From assembly GCA_963668645.2 (NCBI GenBank), contig CAXXWC010000021.1, positions 1,088,001 to 1,152,000 on the forward strand: a stretch of 64,000 nucleotides of DNA. The letters are read 5' to 3'. The DNA comes from Desulfobacterales bacterium. GTDB taxonomy: Bacteria > Desulfobacterota > Desulfobacteria > Desulfobacterales > UBA2174. The notes under the pieces are model-generated. The model was not told the origin of the DNA, did no database searches, and worked only from the letters and a program-made list of their open reading frames with translations. This document shows, piece after piece, positions 20,807 to 29,821 of this stretch (positions are counted from its first letter, which is position 1; each line of letters begins with the position of its first letter). A program made the translations under genes and the position numbers.

Positions 20807-21091
20807 GTCTATATTCCTTGTGCGAGACTTATGGTTAAAAGAAAAACTGACCCGAGGGCGGGCGACGCTTTTCATGGGGATGGCAATGCATCCTGGAGTC
20901 ATGGAGAGCCGGTTTGCCGATGCCTTAAAGGGCTCTCCGCCCTTTGGCGGCCTACCGGTCATCTTCTGAAGGCCGCCGCCCTTTTGCGTTATATCAAGAT
21001 AGTTTCAAGTTCGAGCCGAATTGGAAGGATAGTCTGGCACTTAATGCCATCATTCCCGCAGCAGCCCGGAAAACATTCAATCCCAGCACCT

Positions 21092-23026
21092 TCAGGATGA
21101 TACCACTGAACCGATTTTCACGAGTTGATTGCTGTTAGTGGCCGGAAAGATTTTGATCATTAAAAAACTCGCGGATAGAATCAGGATTCCAAACAGATTG
21201 GACCAAATTCCGGGATACATCAGCAAGAGGGCCGACAGCCCCACCGGTGCCCGATAAAAGATGTTGATCCGGCCGACAAAATACAACCAGCCTTCCAATG
21301 CGGCAGCCAGCAGAACGCATCCGAAAATCGCGGTGACCACCGCCATCATCACGCCCCCCACACTGCCAACCAGAATCAAGTGCGGATCAAGAACGAAGAA
21401 GAACGGAACAATATATTTTGCAGCCCCGAGCTTCATCGACAACCAAGCGGTGCTCATCGGATCGGACTCGGCCAGTGTTGCCGCAGCAATGGAACCGATT
21501 GCAACCGGAGGGGTAATGAATGAAAGGCAACCCCAGTAGAGGACAAATAGATGACATGCCAGCGGATTGAATCCTAGCTGCACAAGCGCCGGAACCAGGC
21601 AGACGGCCAGAAAAACGTAGCAGGCCGTGATCGGCATCCCGATGCCCATCACGAAGCTTGTAAAGGCACCGATAACCAGTAGCAGAAACACATTGTTGCC
21701 CGCCAGCAAGACGAGTTCGCGGGAAAAAGAATTCGCAACACCGGTACCGCTCAGTGCGCCCATGATCAGGCCGATGCCGGCGAGTATGCCCACCAGATTA
21801 GCCATCATCTTGCCGAACTCGAACATCAGGTCCATTGCTTTGGACCAGGTATAGCGAGTCTCCTTGCGCAGCATGGCGGTCAAAATCAAAAATATGGTCG
21901 TGAAAAAAGGAGCCCAGGTTTCAATGCGCAGAACGATCAGGATATAGACAAGCATTAACAGTGACCCGAGGAAAGGCCATCCCTGTTTCAAGGTCTGCCA
22001 GAATTCAGGCAACTCTTCCTTTGGCAGACCACCGATACCGGCCACCGCCGCCTGACCGTCCACTTGCAGCAGTAAGGTCAGATAATAAAGAGTCGCCGGG
22101 AAAAATGCCGCGATCATGACATCGGTGTAGGGAATGCCCAGGAACAGAGCCACCAGAAACCCGGAAGCGCCCATGATCGGCGGCATGATAGACCCCCCCG
22201 TTGAAGCGCATGCTTCAATGGCGCCTGCATATCGGGCGGAGTATCCGGTCTTTTTCATGGCAGGAATGGTCATGGAACCGGTTGTAATGATATTGGAAAG
22301 CACACTGCCGCTCAAACTGGCCATGAACGCGCTGGAGACAACCGAAACCTTGGCGGCCCCACCCCGCTGCCGTCCCAGCAGGGACAACGAAAACTCCATG
22401 AAAAATTTGCCGCCACCGGAGGTTACCAGGGTCACCCCAAAAAGCATAAAACCGATGAGCAGGTCCGATACCACACGCATGGGCAAGCCGATGATACTTT
22501 CCACCCCCATTGAATGAAAACAGATGGCCTCCTTGAAGCTAAACTGGGAGCCATATAAAAAACCCGGCAGTGATCCACAAAAGACAGGATATAGTGAAAT
22601 CAATGTGCTGATGAAAAAAAGGATTTTTCCGCCAACGCGACGAATGGCCTCTATGGCCAGAAACCATAAAACGGCACCGCTCACCATTGGCAGCATCGGG
22701 GCCTGAAGTTCCCACCCTTGGGCAAGACTGTTGCGGGCATTAGCGGACATATAAATACTGGTAACGATGGTGATTGCAAAAAATGCCCAGTCATACCATG
22801 GCAGTTTTTCGCTATCCTTCTTTCTTGCCGGATAAAGCAGAAAACTGATCGACAGAAAACAACCTACGATAATATAGTAGTAGGCAGTATTGATCGGGTT
22901 GAATCCGAAAAGACTCAAGTGAAACAACTGGTTGATTCCGATCAGGGTCCCAATCGCACCTGCGCATAACGTCACAATGTAACAGCTGAAAGAAATTCGT
23001 TTGCCCTTATCCCTGTAATTCACCAT
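21092..23026 (-). CDS. TRAP transporter fused 4TM/12TM permease (TAXI-associated)
   Basis: Highly hydrophobic; GGAAKVSVVSS, EACASTGGSIMPPIMGA, ITPPVA; AAGGAG RBS before ATG 23026. Confidence 0.92.
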   Translation of the reverse strand: MVNYRDKGKRISFSCYIVTLCAGAIGTLIGINQLFHLSLFGFNPINTAYYYIIVGCFLSISFLLYPARKKDSEKLPWYDWAFFAITIVTSIYMSANARNSLAQGWELQAPMLPMVSGAVLWFLAIEAIRRVGGKILFFISTLISLYPVFCGSLPGFLYGSQFSFKEAICFHSMGVESIIGLPMRVVSDLLIGFMLFGVTLVTSGGGKFFMEFSLSLLGRQRGGAAKVSVVSSAFMASLSGSVLSNIITTGSMTIPAMKKTGYSARYAGAIEACASTGGSIMPPIMGASGFLVALFLGIPYTDVMIAAFFPATLYYLTLLLQVDGQAAVAGIGGLPKEELPEFWQTLKQGWPFLGSLLMLVYILIVLRIETWAPFFTTIFLILTAMLRKETRYTWSKAMDLMFEFGKMMANLVGILAGIGLIMGALSGTGVANSFSRELVLLAGNNVFLLLVIGAFTSFVMGIGMPITACYVFLAVCLVPALVQLGFNPLACHLFVLYWGCLSFITPPVAIGSIAAATLAESDPMSTAWLSMKLGAAKYIVPFFFVLDPHLILVGSVGGVMMAVVTAIFGCVLLAAALEGWLYFVGRINIFYRAPVGLSALLLMYPGIWSNLFGILILSASFLMIKIFPATNSNQLVKIGSVVSS

Positions 23027-23172
23027 ATTCGCCTCCTTAACAGGCAACGACCGGAACTGTGTAAAAATGGTTGTGCGGGTTTAACTGGCCTTTACTCAGG
23101 GGCGAATCCTGCTGTTGATCTGAGTTCCTCGAGCAGGATCCCCCCTGAACTGTTCAGCAAAGGCTTATAGAG

Positions 23173-24318
23173 TTATTCGCCCAGGGCCTTGGCTCTTTCC
23201 TTGAGCCAGAACTCTTGAAAATCTTTAGATTTTATCTTCTGTGTCTGGGCAAGGTTAACCGCTTCTTCCCACGCAGCCTGCACCTTTTGCAAGTGGGCCA
23301 GTGCAGCATCGTTCCAGGCCTGATCCTTGGCCGTCCAAACGCCGATCTCCTTCAGATACCGGACAGCGCCTTCATGAAACGGAGCGTCTGCAGGCGGTTT
23401 GCCGGATTGGTGAATCTCCCAGTTCGGCATGTTCTGATGAGAATCTTTATATATGGCATAGCTCTGGTCGACAGCTTTGAGAAAATTATAAACCAAATCC
23501 GGGTCGGTGTCCGCATAGGTGATACCCACCGGGAATCGTATCAGAGCAACATCTTTGGGGTGGTCTTTATCGATATCGACGCCTTTGCTTTCTTTAACTG
23601 GACTTAAAAAAGGCGCTTTTTTTTGCAGACGTGCCCATCCCTCGGTATCATCTGCATACAGCTCGAGAAGATGCGCGCCGTTAGGCGAAGCCGCCGCTTT
23701 GATGATGCCCCCCACGGGGGTGCCCATGATGACGTCCACGCTGCCTTCGATAAGGCCGTTAATGCAGGCCCCGAAACTGGCAAACTCTACTTTTTCGACA
23801 TCATCCCAAGTCAGATTGGCAAAGGCAAGATACGCGGTTGTTTTCACATTGATGCCCGGAGAGCCGATAATCCATGCGACCCGACGCCCCTTGGCATCCT
23901 TAAGATCCTTGATTCCGCTGGTCTCGGTCGACCAAAGACAATGAGTCGCCGTGGGAGCGATGACAACACGGATATCCTGGGGACCCCACTCGTAGGTCGA
24001 AAAATCATAAAGACCTTCCGCTGCAAAGAACGCGCCATTTCCCAGAAAGGACATTTCAACCCGTCTGGTCTTCAACGCCAGGATGCGGCTCATATCAGAC
24101 CCCCCCGGCATCAGACGGACTTTGACACCGTACTTTTTCAGCAGGCCATCCGCAATGGCCGAGGTCTGGATATATCCACCAGCACCGACATCATAGCAGC
24201 TCCAATGCATCATCTTCGGCAGTTTAACGTCATCTCCGGCAATCGCCGTTCCCAAACCCATCAAACAGACTGCCATAATCGTGATAAAAGAAGTGACCTT
24301 GCGAAATCGCTCTTTCAT
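23173..24318 (-). CDS. TAXI-family TRAP solute-binding protein
   Basis: Signal peptide; YDVGAGGY, DAKGRRVAW, PFHEGAVRYLKE. Confidence 0.9.
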   Translation of the reverse strand: MKERFRKVTSFITIMAVCLMGLGTAIAGDDVKLPKMMHWSCYDVGAGGYIQTSAIADGLLKKYGVKVRLMPGGSDMSRILALKTRRVEMSFLGNGAFFAAEGLYDFSTYEWGPQDIRVVIAPTATHCLWSTETSGIKDLKDAKGRRVAWIIGSPGINVKTTAYLAFANLTWDDVEKVEFASFGACINGLIEGSVDVIMGTPVGGIIKAAASPNGAHLLELYADDTEGWARLQKKAPFLSPVKESKGVDIDKDHPKDVALIRFPVGITYADTDPDLVYNFLKAVDQSYAIYKDSHQNMPNWEIHQSGKPPADAPFHEGAVRYLKEIGVWTAKDQAWNDAALAHLQKVQAAWEEAVNLAQTQKIKSKDFQEFWLKERAKALGE

Positions 24319-24385
24319 GCTTTGCTCTCCCCTTTTCATTAAAATTGAATTACAAGTTTTGAGTGTCCTTTCCCCGGGCCAGTCA

Positions 24386-24405
24386 GACAAACCGGTCGGT
24401 CTGTC
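24386..24405. promoter_or_regulatory. Putative TetR operator upstream of the TAXI gene
   Basis: GACAAACCG-GT-CGGTCTGTC, 9-bp arms with 1 mismatch; near-identical site at 25620. Confidence 0.7.
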
Positions 24406-24460
24406 CGTGCTTGAAAAAATCCAAGGTACGCTTTTTTCATTTGCAGCTGATTTCTTTCGA

Positions 24461-25435
24461 CTAGCGCTTCAACGTTTCCGGGTTGACCACATATTCAAGC
24501 GGCTCTCCCGAAAAGAAAGCATGAATGTTCCTGGCGCAGATCAGACCGATCTGCCGTGATACCTCCACTGCATAGCCCCCCATGTGAGGCGTGAGGATAA
24601 CATTGTCCAGCTTGCCCAATTTTAGATCCTTCGGCGGCGGCTCCTGGGCCAAAACATCCAGCGCGGCGCCAGCGATCATCTTCTTGCTCAACGCCTCATA
24701 AAGATCTTCCTCGTTGACGACCCCGCCCCTGGCCACATTGACCAAGAACGCCGTCTCCTTCATCATCTTCAGATGGTGCATGTCGATCAGATTCCTGGTG
24801 CTCTCAGACAGCATGACGTGAAGAGATATAAAATCGGCCTGCTGGACCAGTGCATCTACCGAGACATAGGTGACGTTGTATTCTTGGGCAAAGTCCTCAT
24901 CCTTGTATATATCGTAGGCGATGACTTTCATGCCGAACCCCAAGCCGAGATTGGCGACCGCTTTTCCGATCTTGCCCATCCCGATGATGCCCAGGGTCTT
25001 ACCTTTCAACAAAGATCCCACTACCTTGGGCCACTCTCCCTGCCGCACCGAATGATCGCCGAAGGGGATCCGTCTGGCCAGCGAAAGGAAGAACCCGAAT
25101 GTCAATTCCGCCACAGAATCCTTGTTCACCCCGGGCGTGTTGGTTACCGGAATGCCTCTTTCGGTAGCCGCTGCAACATCGATGTGGTCTATGCCGGCAC
25201 CATGCTGGACGATCAGTTTGCATTGTTGCGCACCTTTTATGACAGCAGCGCTCAACGGCAGACTGCCGCCGATCACCGCATCGTACCGGCAGAGCGTTTT
25301 TGCTATTTCCGCCTCTTCCAGTTTTGCCGTCTGAGGGATCATATCGACCTCGTAGCCATGAGATCGCAGATACTCCAGGCCATCCTTGGTAAAGTACCCA
25401 AAAGACGGCGACATCGACCACACCTTGATATCCAT
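24461..25435 (-). CDS. D-isomer 2-hydroxyacid dehydrogenase (PGDH-like, short form), copy 2
   Basis: GIIGMGKIG, NVARGG, TPHMGG; colinear paralogue of 17614..18591; start ATG 25435. Confidence 0.9.
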   Translation of the reverse strand: MDIKVWSMSPSFGYFTKDGLEYLRSHGYEVDMIPQTAKLEEAEIAKTLCRYDAVIGGSLPLSAAVIKGAQQCKLIVQHGAGIDHIDVAAATERGIPVTNTPGVNKDSVAELTFGFFLSLARRIPFGDHSVRQGEWPKVVGSLLKGKTLGIIGMGKIGKAVANLGLGFGMKVIAYDIYKDEDFAQEYNVTYVSVDALVQQADFISLHVMLSESTRNLIDMHHLKMMKETAFLVNVARGGVVNEEDLYEALSKKMIAGAALDVLAQEPPPKDLKLGKLDNVILTPHMGGYAVEVSRQIGLICARNIHAFFSGEPLEYVVNPETLKR

Positions 25436-25619
25436 TATTCCCTTTCTACTCTGCCCGATCGAATTCGAGCTGTAAAACCGAGTTATATGTTTTTCTCCAA
25501 ACTTTACCAACGGGTCATTTTTGTATCTTATTAATATGTTAACCTAAAAACCACAGCATCGCGGCCACGATTTTTTCTCGGCTCTGTTTCAATTGACGGC
25601 TTGCCGTAAGCGGGCAAGA

Positions 25620-25635
25620 CAGACCGGTCGGTCTG
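25620..25635. promoter_or_regulatory. Putative TetR operator upstream of the catabolic operon
   Basis: Perfect 7-bp arms CAGACCG-GT-CGGTCTG; resembles the NemR-type TAGACCnnnnGGTCTA box. Confidence 0.75.
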
Positions 25636-25707
25636 ATTGATGCACAAAAAAAATGTTTCGTACCATCCATCTCTGAACCCCGATCCTTAATTCGCCCCTT
25701 GGTACTC

Positions 25708-25739
25708 AGGTTGTATGACAGCCATATATCTTACGACCT
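25708..25739. promoter_or_regulatory. Putative tandem GntR/FadR operators
   Basis: GGTTGT-ATG-ACAGCC palindrome plus an inverted related site ATCTTACGACCT; matches the FadR-subfamily TGT-N3-ACA pattern. Confidence 0.5.
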
Positions 25740-25745
25740 AATGTC

Positions 25746-25765
25746 TGTCAAGAAAATTCTTGACA
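25746..25765. promoter_or_regulatory. Palindrome containing back-to-back TTGACA (-35-like) hexamers
   Basis: TGTCAAGAA-AA-TTCTTGACA, perfect 9-bp arms. Confidence 0.45.
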
Positions 25766-25800
25766 ATTCTCCCACTTTTTCCGCCACCGACGCAAAGCAG

Positions 25801-26994
25801 TAATGTCACCATATCATTGACATCCTGCCGGGAAGGCCAGGAGTTCGGCAAAAGACCACAGGTGGTCCGTCACATTTGCTTGCATAGCCGGGGTTTTGGG
25901 GCGGAAGACCCGATCCTTGCCGCGGCTGAGCGTTTCATGAGGCCGGATAAAATCATAACAAGCCACGCAGATGGCAAATTTGGCCTTGAGCCATCGCATC
26001 GAACGGGCAACCGTAGGCGCTTTACGAGCAAGATGAGCATCCCACAATTGCCAATCCAAATTGGAACGCTCGATATATGCGGTATTGATCGTCTGGCTGG
26101 GCGAGTCTTCCAGTCGATCCAGGATGTGCTGCTCGGTGCCGTAAACCACCTGACGTTCGACCTTGACAACCCGTGCGCCCTAGCGCGTCGTTATAAACAG
26201 TAGCGTAATCCAGATCCGCGTCAATGACTCGTTGCGGATTGCGCGGTCGGCCCGGGTTTGCCCGTGGCTACCGATGGTATAAGCTTGTGAAACAGCTCTC
26301 CAAAAACTGTTGTGTAATGGGGCAGTTCATCGGAGACAAACAGTGGCTTACTCGGGCAACGGTCGATCAAATCGCGCAGCATTCGCCGCGCATCGTCCAG
26401 TTCGCGCCCTCCGATCCAGAATGTGATCAGCAGGCGCGTCGGGGCGTCGATGGCTGTCCAAATCCAGGTCTGCCCGTACTGCTTTTCAAGGTCTTGGGGG
26501 TCGTCAGAACTTTTCTTTTTTTTACAAAGGTCCACAGCTCGTCGAGTTGCGCCTCGGTCAACTGCAAGGACGTCAGCAAATCCGAAAGTACTCGGGCGCA
26601 ATGCTCGCCAGCCCTCAAAATCACCCGATTGACGGTGTCTTTGTCGAGTCCGAGCAAACGCGCCGTGGCCCGCACCCCCACGCCCTCGGCAGCGTGGTGA
26701 ATGATTTGCCGGATTGTATCGGCCGGCAAATGTAGCCCGAACAGCGCACTGGCCCGTGTGGCCGCAAAGCGTTTGCCACAGGTACGGCAGTACAGCAAAT
26801 CGCGGTCCTTGTCCTTGCCGTATTTGCCGCGAATACTGATGTTGCCATGCCCGCGCAAGCCGTAGTCCTTGCATTGCTGGTTGGGACAAAAGCATTGCTC
26901 AAGATCGCTCATGGATTGCCTCCGGCGTTGAAGTGACTTTACCGGAGCAAGGTAACATGACCGGAAAACAAATGTCAACCATATGGTGACATCA
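25801..26994 (-). mobile_element. IS1-family insertion sequence, degenerate
   Basis: 23-bp imperfect terminal inverted repeats TAATGTCACCATATCATTGACAT (25801-25823) and TGATGTCACCATATGGTTGACAT (revcomp of 26972-26994); encloses the transposase; no clear target duplication; ends uncertain by ~2 bp. Confidence 0.85.
25814..26912 (-). pseudogene. IS1-family transposase (InsA-like Zn finger+HTH, then DDE domain), frameshifted
   Basis: CPNQQC...CRTC Zn finger, QLDELWTFV, A8G slippery site 26515-26523, WIWTAID, FVSDE, TAYIERSNL; extra frame breaks near 26250 and ~26185. Confidence 0.85.
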
Positions 26995-27004
26995 TCAAAT
27001 ACTA

Positions 27005-27193
27005 ATGTCCGAGGAAAAGCACAACACGCTTCTGGCGGCTTCCCCTTCCTTGAATGTTACGCATGCCAGACCAAGTGACAAGCCGGTTGAATTGATCATC
27101 CCATTTGGCTCGGTCAGTGTCACAGACAATATGGCGCTATCGCTTGTCCTGTTCCTTGGGAAATCTTTCAAGGCAAAAACACCGCCAGACTGA
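27005..27193 (+). pseudogene. Possible remnant of a tripartite tricarboxylate transporter binding protein (TctC/Bug) N-terminus
   Basis: PSDKPVELIIPFGSVSVTDNMALSL resembles YPxKPIxLIVPFxAGGxTDxxARxL; early stop. Confidence 0.45.
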
Positions 27194-27211
27194 GAAAACG
27201 GGAGGAAAAAA

Positions 27212-27612
27212 TTGTCCATAGTAACGTTATCCCCGCGTGTAAACCGGATTAAACCGTCAATTAGTTCGATGGCCGTCAAAAAGGTACAAGAGCTCAAAGC
27301 TCAGGGTATCGATCTAATCGGTCTTACGATGGGAGAGCCGGATTTTGATACGTTGCCATCGGTCGCAGAAGCGGCCGCGCGCGCCATTGCGCAGTCCCAG
27401 ACGAAGTACACCAACGTGGACGGGACGCCGGAGTTAAACGGGCGATCCAGAGCAAGTTCAAGTGCGAAAATAGCCTGGAATATGAGATGAATGAGATCGT
27501 GGTTGGCAACGGTGCCAAGCAGCTCATTTTCAATGCCATCCTTGCCACCGTTTCGGCCGGCGACGAGGTCATCGTGCCTGTCCCATACTGGGTATCCTAC
27601 CCGGATATCATT
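27212..27612 (+). pseudogene. Class I/II PLP aminotransferase (AspC-like) pseudogene
   Basis: GGGAGG RBS; RVNRIKPS, GEPDFDT, TKYTNVDGTPEL, frameshift ~27437, then EIVVGNGAKQLIFNA...GDEVIVPVPYWVSYPDII; homology ends there. Confidence 0.88.
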
Positions 27613-27912
27613 TCACCGGGCAATGGCACTGCAGATTTATTTTGTGCAGATCACGCTTTGATGGCAGAAGGTGTCGCGCCTTTTTACAGCTCCAACTCGC
27701 ATTGAAGACAAATGTCCGACGGACGCCGCCGGCAGCTGCCGACCATCGCCGGAGCCGTTGGCGTTTTTTTGATCCCACCGGCCCACCAAGCCTCTGAAAA
27801 AGGCCGGAACTAAGCCATGGTTTCTTCAGGCCGCCGGGCACTTCGGACGGGAACCGAACGGAGCGTTATCCCGCCGCCCGGATAAGACCCCGGCCGATGC
27901 CGCCGGCTGTGG

Positions 27913-29742
27913 TCATCCTGCCGGCTCCTCCTCGGCCGGAACCTCGACCCGGGTTTCGATCTCCTTCCAGATATCGATCATCTGATGGCGCACGATCCGC
28001 TTGCGGTCCGTGTAGCCGGTGTGCAGCAGGTGGTGGGACTTGTGTCCCAACGGAGCGCCGAGATAATCGGCGTAAAGCTTTTGGATCTGCGGATTGTTGT
28101 GGCTCTGGCGCACCGGGCGTTCGGTGTCGATGGTGTAGAGGGCCGCTCGACGCTCGCGGCTGGCCGCCTGGTAGGCGTGCTTGCTGCGCGGCTGGCCCCC
28201 GCCGCCAAGGCAGCCGCCCGGACATGCCATTACCTCGACGAAAAGATAGTCGCTGGTTCCGGCCCGCACCTCGGCGATCACCCGTTCGGCGGCCCGCAAA
28301 GTATGGGCCACAGCCACCTTGACCATACCGCCCGCCTCCCCAAAATCGACGCTCGCCTCGCGCAGGTGCTCCATGCCGCGTACCTCGGTGAGCTCGATAC
28401 CGGCGAGTTCTTCTCCCTTTAGCACCTGGTGAACGGTGCGCAAGGCCGCCTCCATGACGCCACCGGTGGAACCAAAGATCACCGCCGCGCCGGAGTAGTC
28501 GCTCATCCAGGGGTTGTCGAAGACCGCCGGTTCTAGGTCGCCCAGGCCGATTCCCTCGCGCTTGAGCAGGCGGGCAAATTCTCGGGTGGTGAGCACCACG
28601 TCGACTTCGGGGCTTCCGTCCCGGGAGAAGGCCGGACGCCGGGCCTCGTCCTTTTTTGCGGTGCAAGGCATGATCGAGACCACCCGCATGCCGGCCGGGT
28701 CGATGTTCATGCGGTCGGCCAGATAGGTCTTGGCCAGGGCGCCGAAGCACTGTTGAGGGCTTTTGGCGGTCGAGACATGCGCACGCAGATCCGGATGATG
28801 CTTTTCCACGTAGTTGATCCAGGCCGGGCAGCAGGAGGTGAACATGGGCAGCGTGCCCCCGGTTTTCAGGCGCTGGAGCAGTTCGTGGCCTTCTTCCATG
28901 ATCACCAAATCGGCGGTGAAGTTGGTGTCCAGCACCACATCGGCGCCGAGCTGGCGCAGGGCCGCAATGATCTGGCCCTCCACGTTGGTGCCGGCCGCCA
29001 GGCCAAACTCCTCGCCCAGGGCGGTGCGCACCGCCGGGGCGAACTGGAACACGGTCCGGATCTCTGGATCGTAGAGAAAATCCATCACCGTTTCGATGTC
29101 GTTCTTTTCAGCCAAGGCCCCGACCGGGCAGACAAGGATGCACTGGCCGCAGCCCACGCAGTCCGACTGTCCCAGGGGGAGCCGGTCGCGCACGTCGATT
29201 TCGGTCTGCAGCCCGCTGCCGCTGACCACCAGGGTGTCCACACCCTGGATTTCGCGACAGACCGCCACGCAGCGCAGACAGCGGATGCACTTGCTCATGT
29301 CACGCACTACTGCCGGGGAAGAGTCGTCCCGGTGGCGCCGCAGATAGAAGTGGGGAAAATGATAGCGGGTCTGTTGCAGGCCGACGAACTGGGCCACGTC
29401 CTGCAGCTCGCAGTTGCCGTGTCGGATGCAGCTCGCACAATCCTGGTTATGGTCGGCCAGCAGCAGCTCGACCTGCAGCCGCTGCATGCGGCGCACCGTA
29501 GGGGTCCGGGTGAGCACCTGCGTCCCCTCTTCCATGGGGGTGTTGCAGGCGGTGACGATGTGATGGCGCGGGTCGTTGCGTCGGCGGATGTCCACCAGAC
29601 AGACCCGGCAGGTGCCCGGGGTATGGTGGATGTCGGCCATCTCGCACAGGGTGGGGATGAAGTGCCCGCTACGCCTGGCCACTTCCAGAATCGTTTCATC
29701 GATGTTGAATTCGACCTGCTTACCGTTGATGGTACCGATCAT
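27913..29742 (-). CDS. hydA: [FeFe]-hydrogenase group A catalytic subunit (2Fe-2S, His-ligated 4Fe-4S, 2x4Fe-4S, H-cluster, fused small subunit)
   Basis: H-cluster motifs FTSCCPAW, MPCTAKKDE, EVMACPGGCLGGGGQP; HNQDCASC..C; SHNNP...LLHT. Confidence 0.96.
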   Translation of the reverse strand: MIGTINGKQVEFNIDETILEVARRSGHFIPTLCEMADIHHTPGTCRVCLVDIRRRNDPRHHIVTACNTPMEEGTQVLTRTPTVRRMQRLQVELLLADHNQDCASCIRHGNCELQDVAQFVGLQQTRYHFPHFYLRRHRDDSSPAVVRDMSKCIRCLRCVAVCREIQGVDTLVVSGSGLQTEIDVRDRLPLGQSDCVGCGQCILVCPVGALAEKNDIETVMDFLYDPEIRTVFQFAPAVRTALGEEFGLAAGTNVEGQIIAALRQLGADVVLDTNFTADLVIMEEGHELLQRLKTGGTLPMFTSCCPAWINYVEKHHPDLRAHVSTAKSPQQCFGALAKTYLADRMNIDPAGMRVVSIMPCTAKKDEARRPAFSRDGSPEVDVVLTTREFARLLKREGIGLGDLEPAVFDNPWMSDYSGAAVIFGSTGGVMEAALRTVHQVLKGEELAGIELTEVRGMEHLREASVDFGEAGGMVKVAVAHTLRAAERVIAEVRAGTSDYLFVEVMACPGGCLGGGGQPRSKHAYQAASRERRAALYTIDTERPVRQSHNNPQIQKLYADYLGAPLGHKSHHLLHTGYTDRKRIVRHQMIDIWKEIETRVEVPAEEEPAG

Positions 29743-29821
29743 CTCGGCCTCCTTGCTTCGTCTGTCGCGGGTTGGGGGACGGTCCGCCGTTTACAGCCCT
29801 GGGGCCCTCTATCTTCGTTTT

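Noticed and set aside
25789..25800. GACGCAAAGC resembling the c-di-GMP-I (GEMM) riboswitch core
   Set aside because: No upstream GGCAAAC/GAAA stem; the IS begins immediately after.
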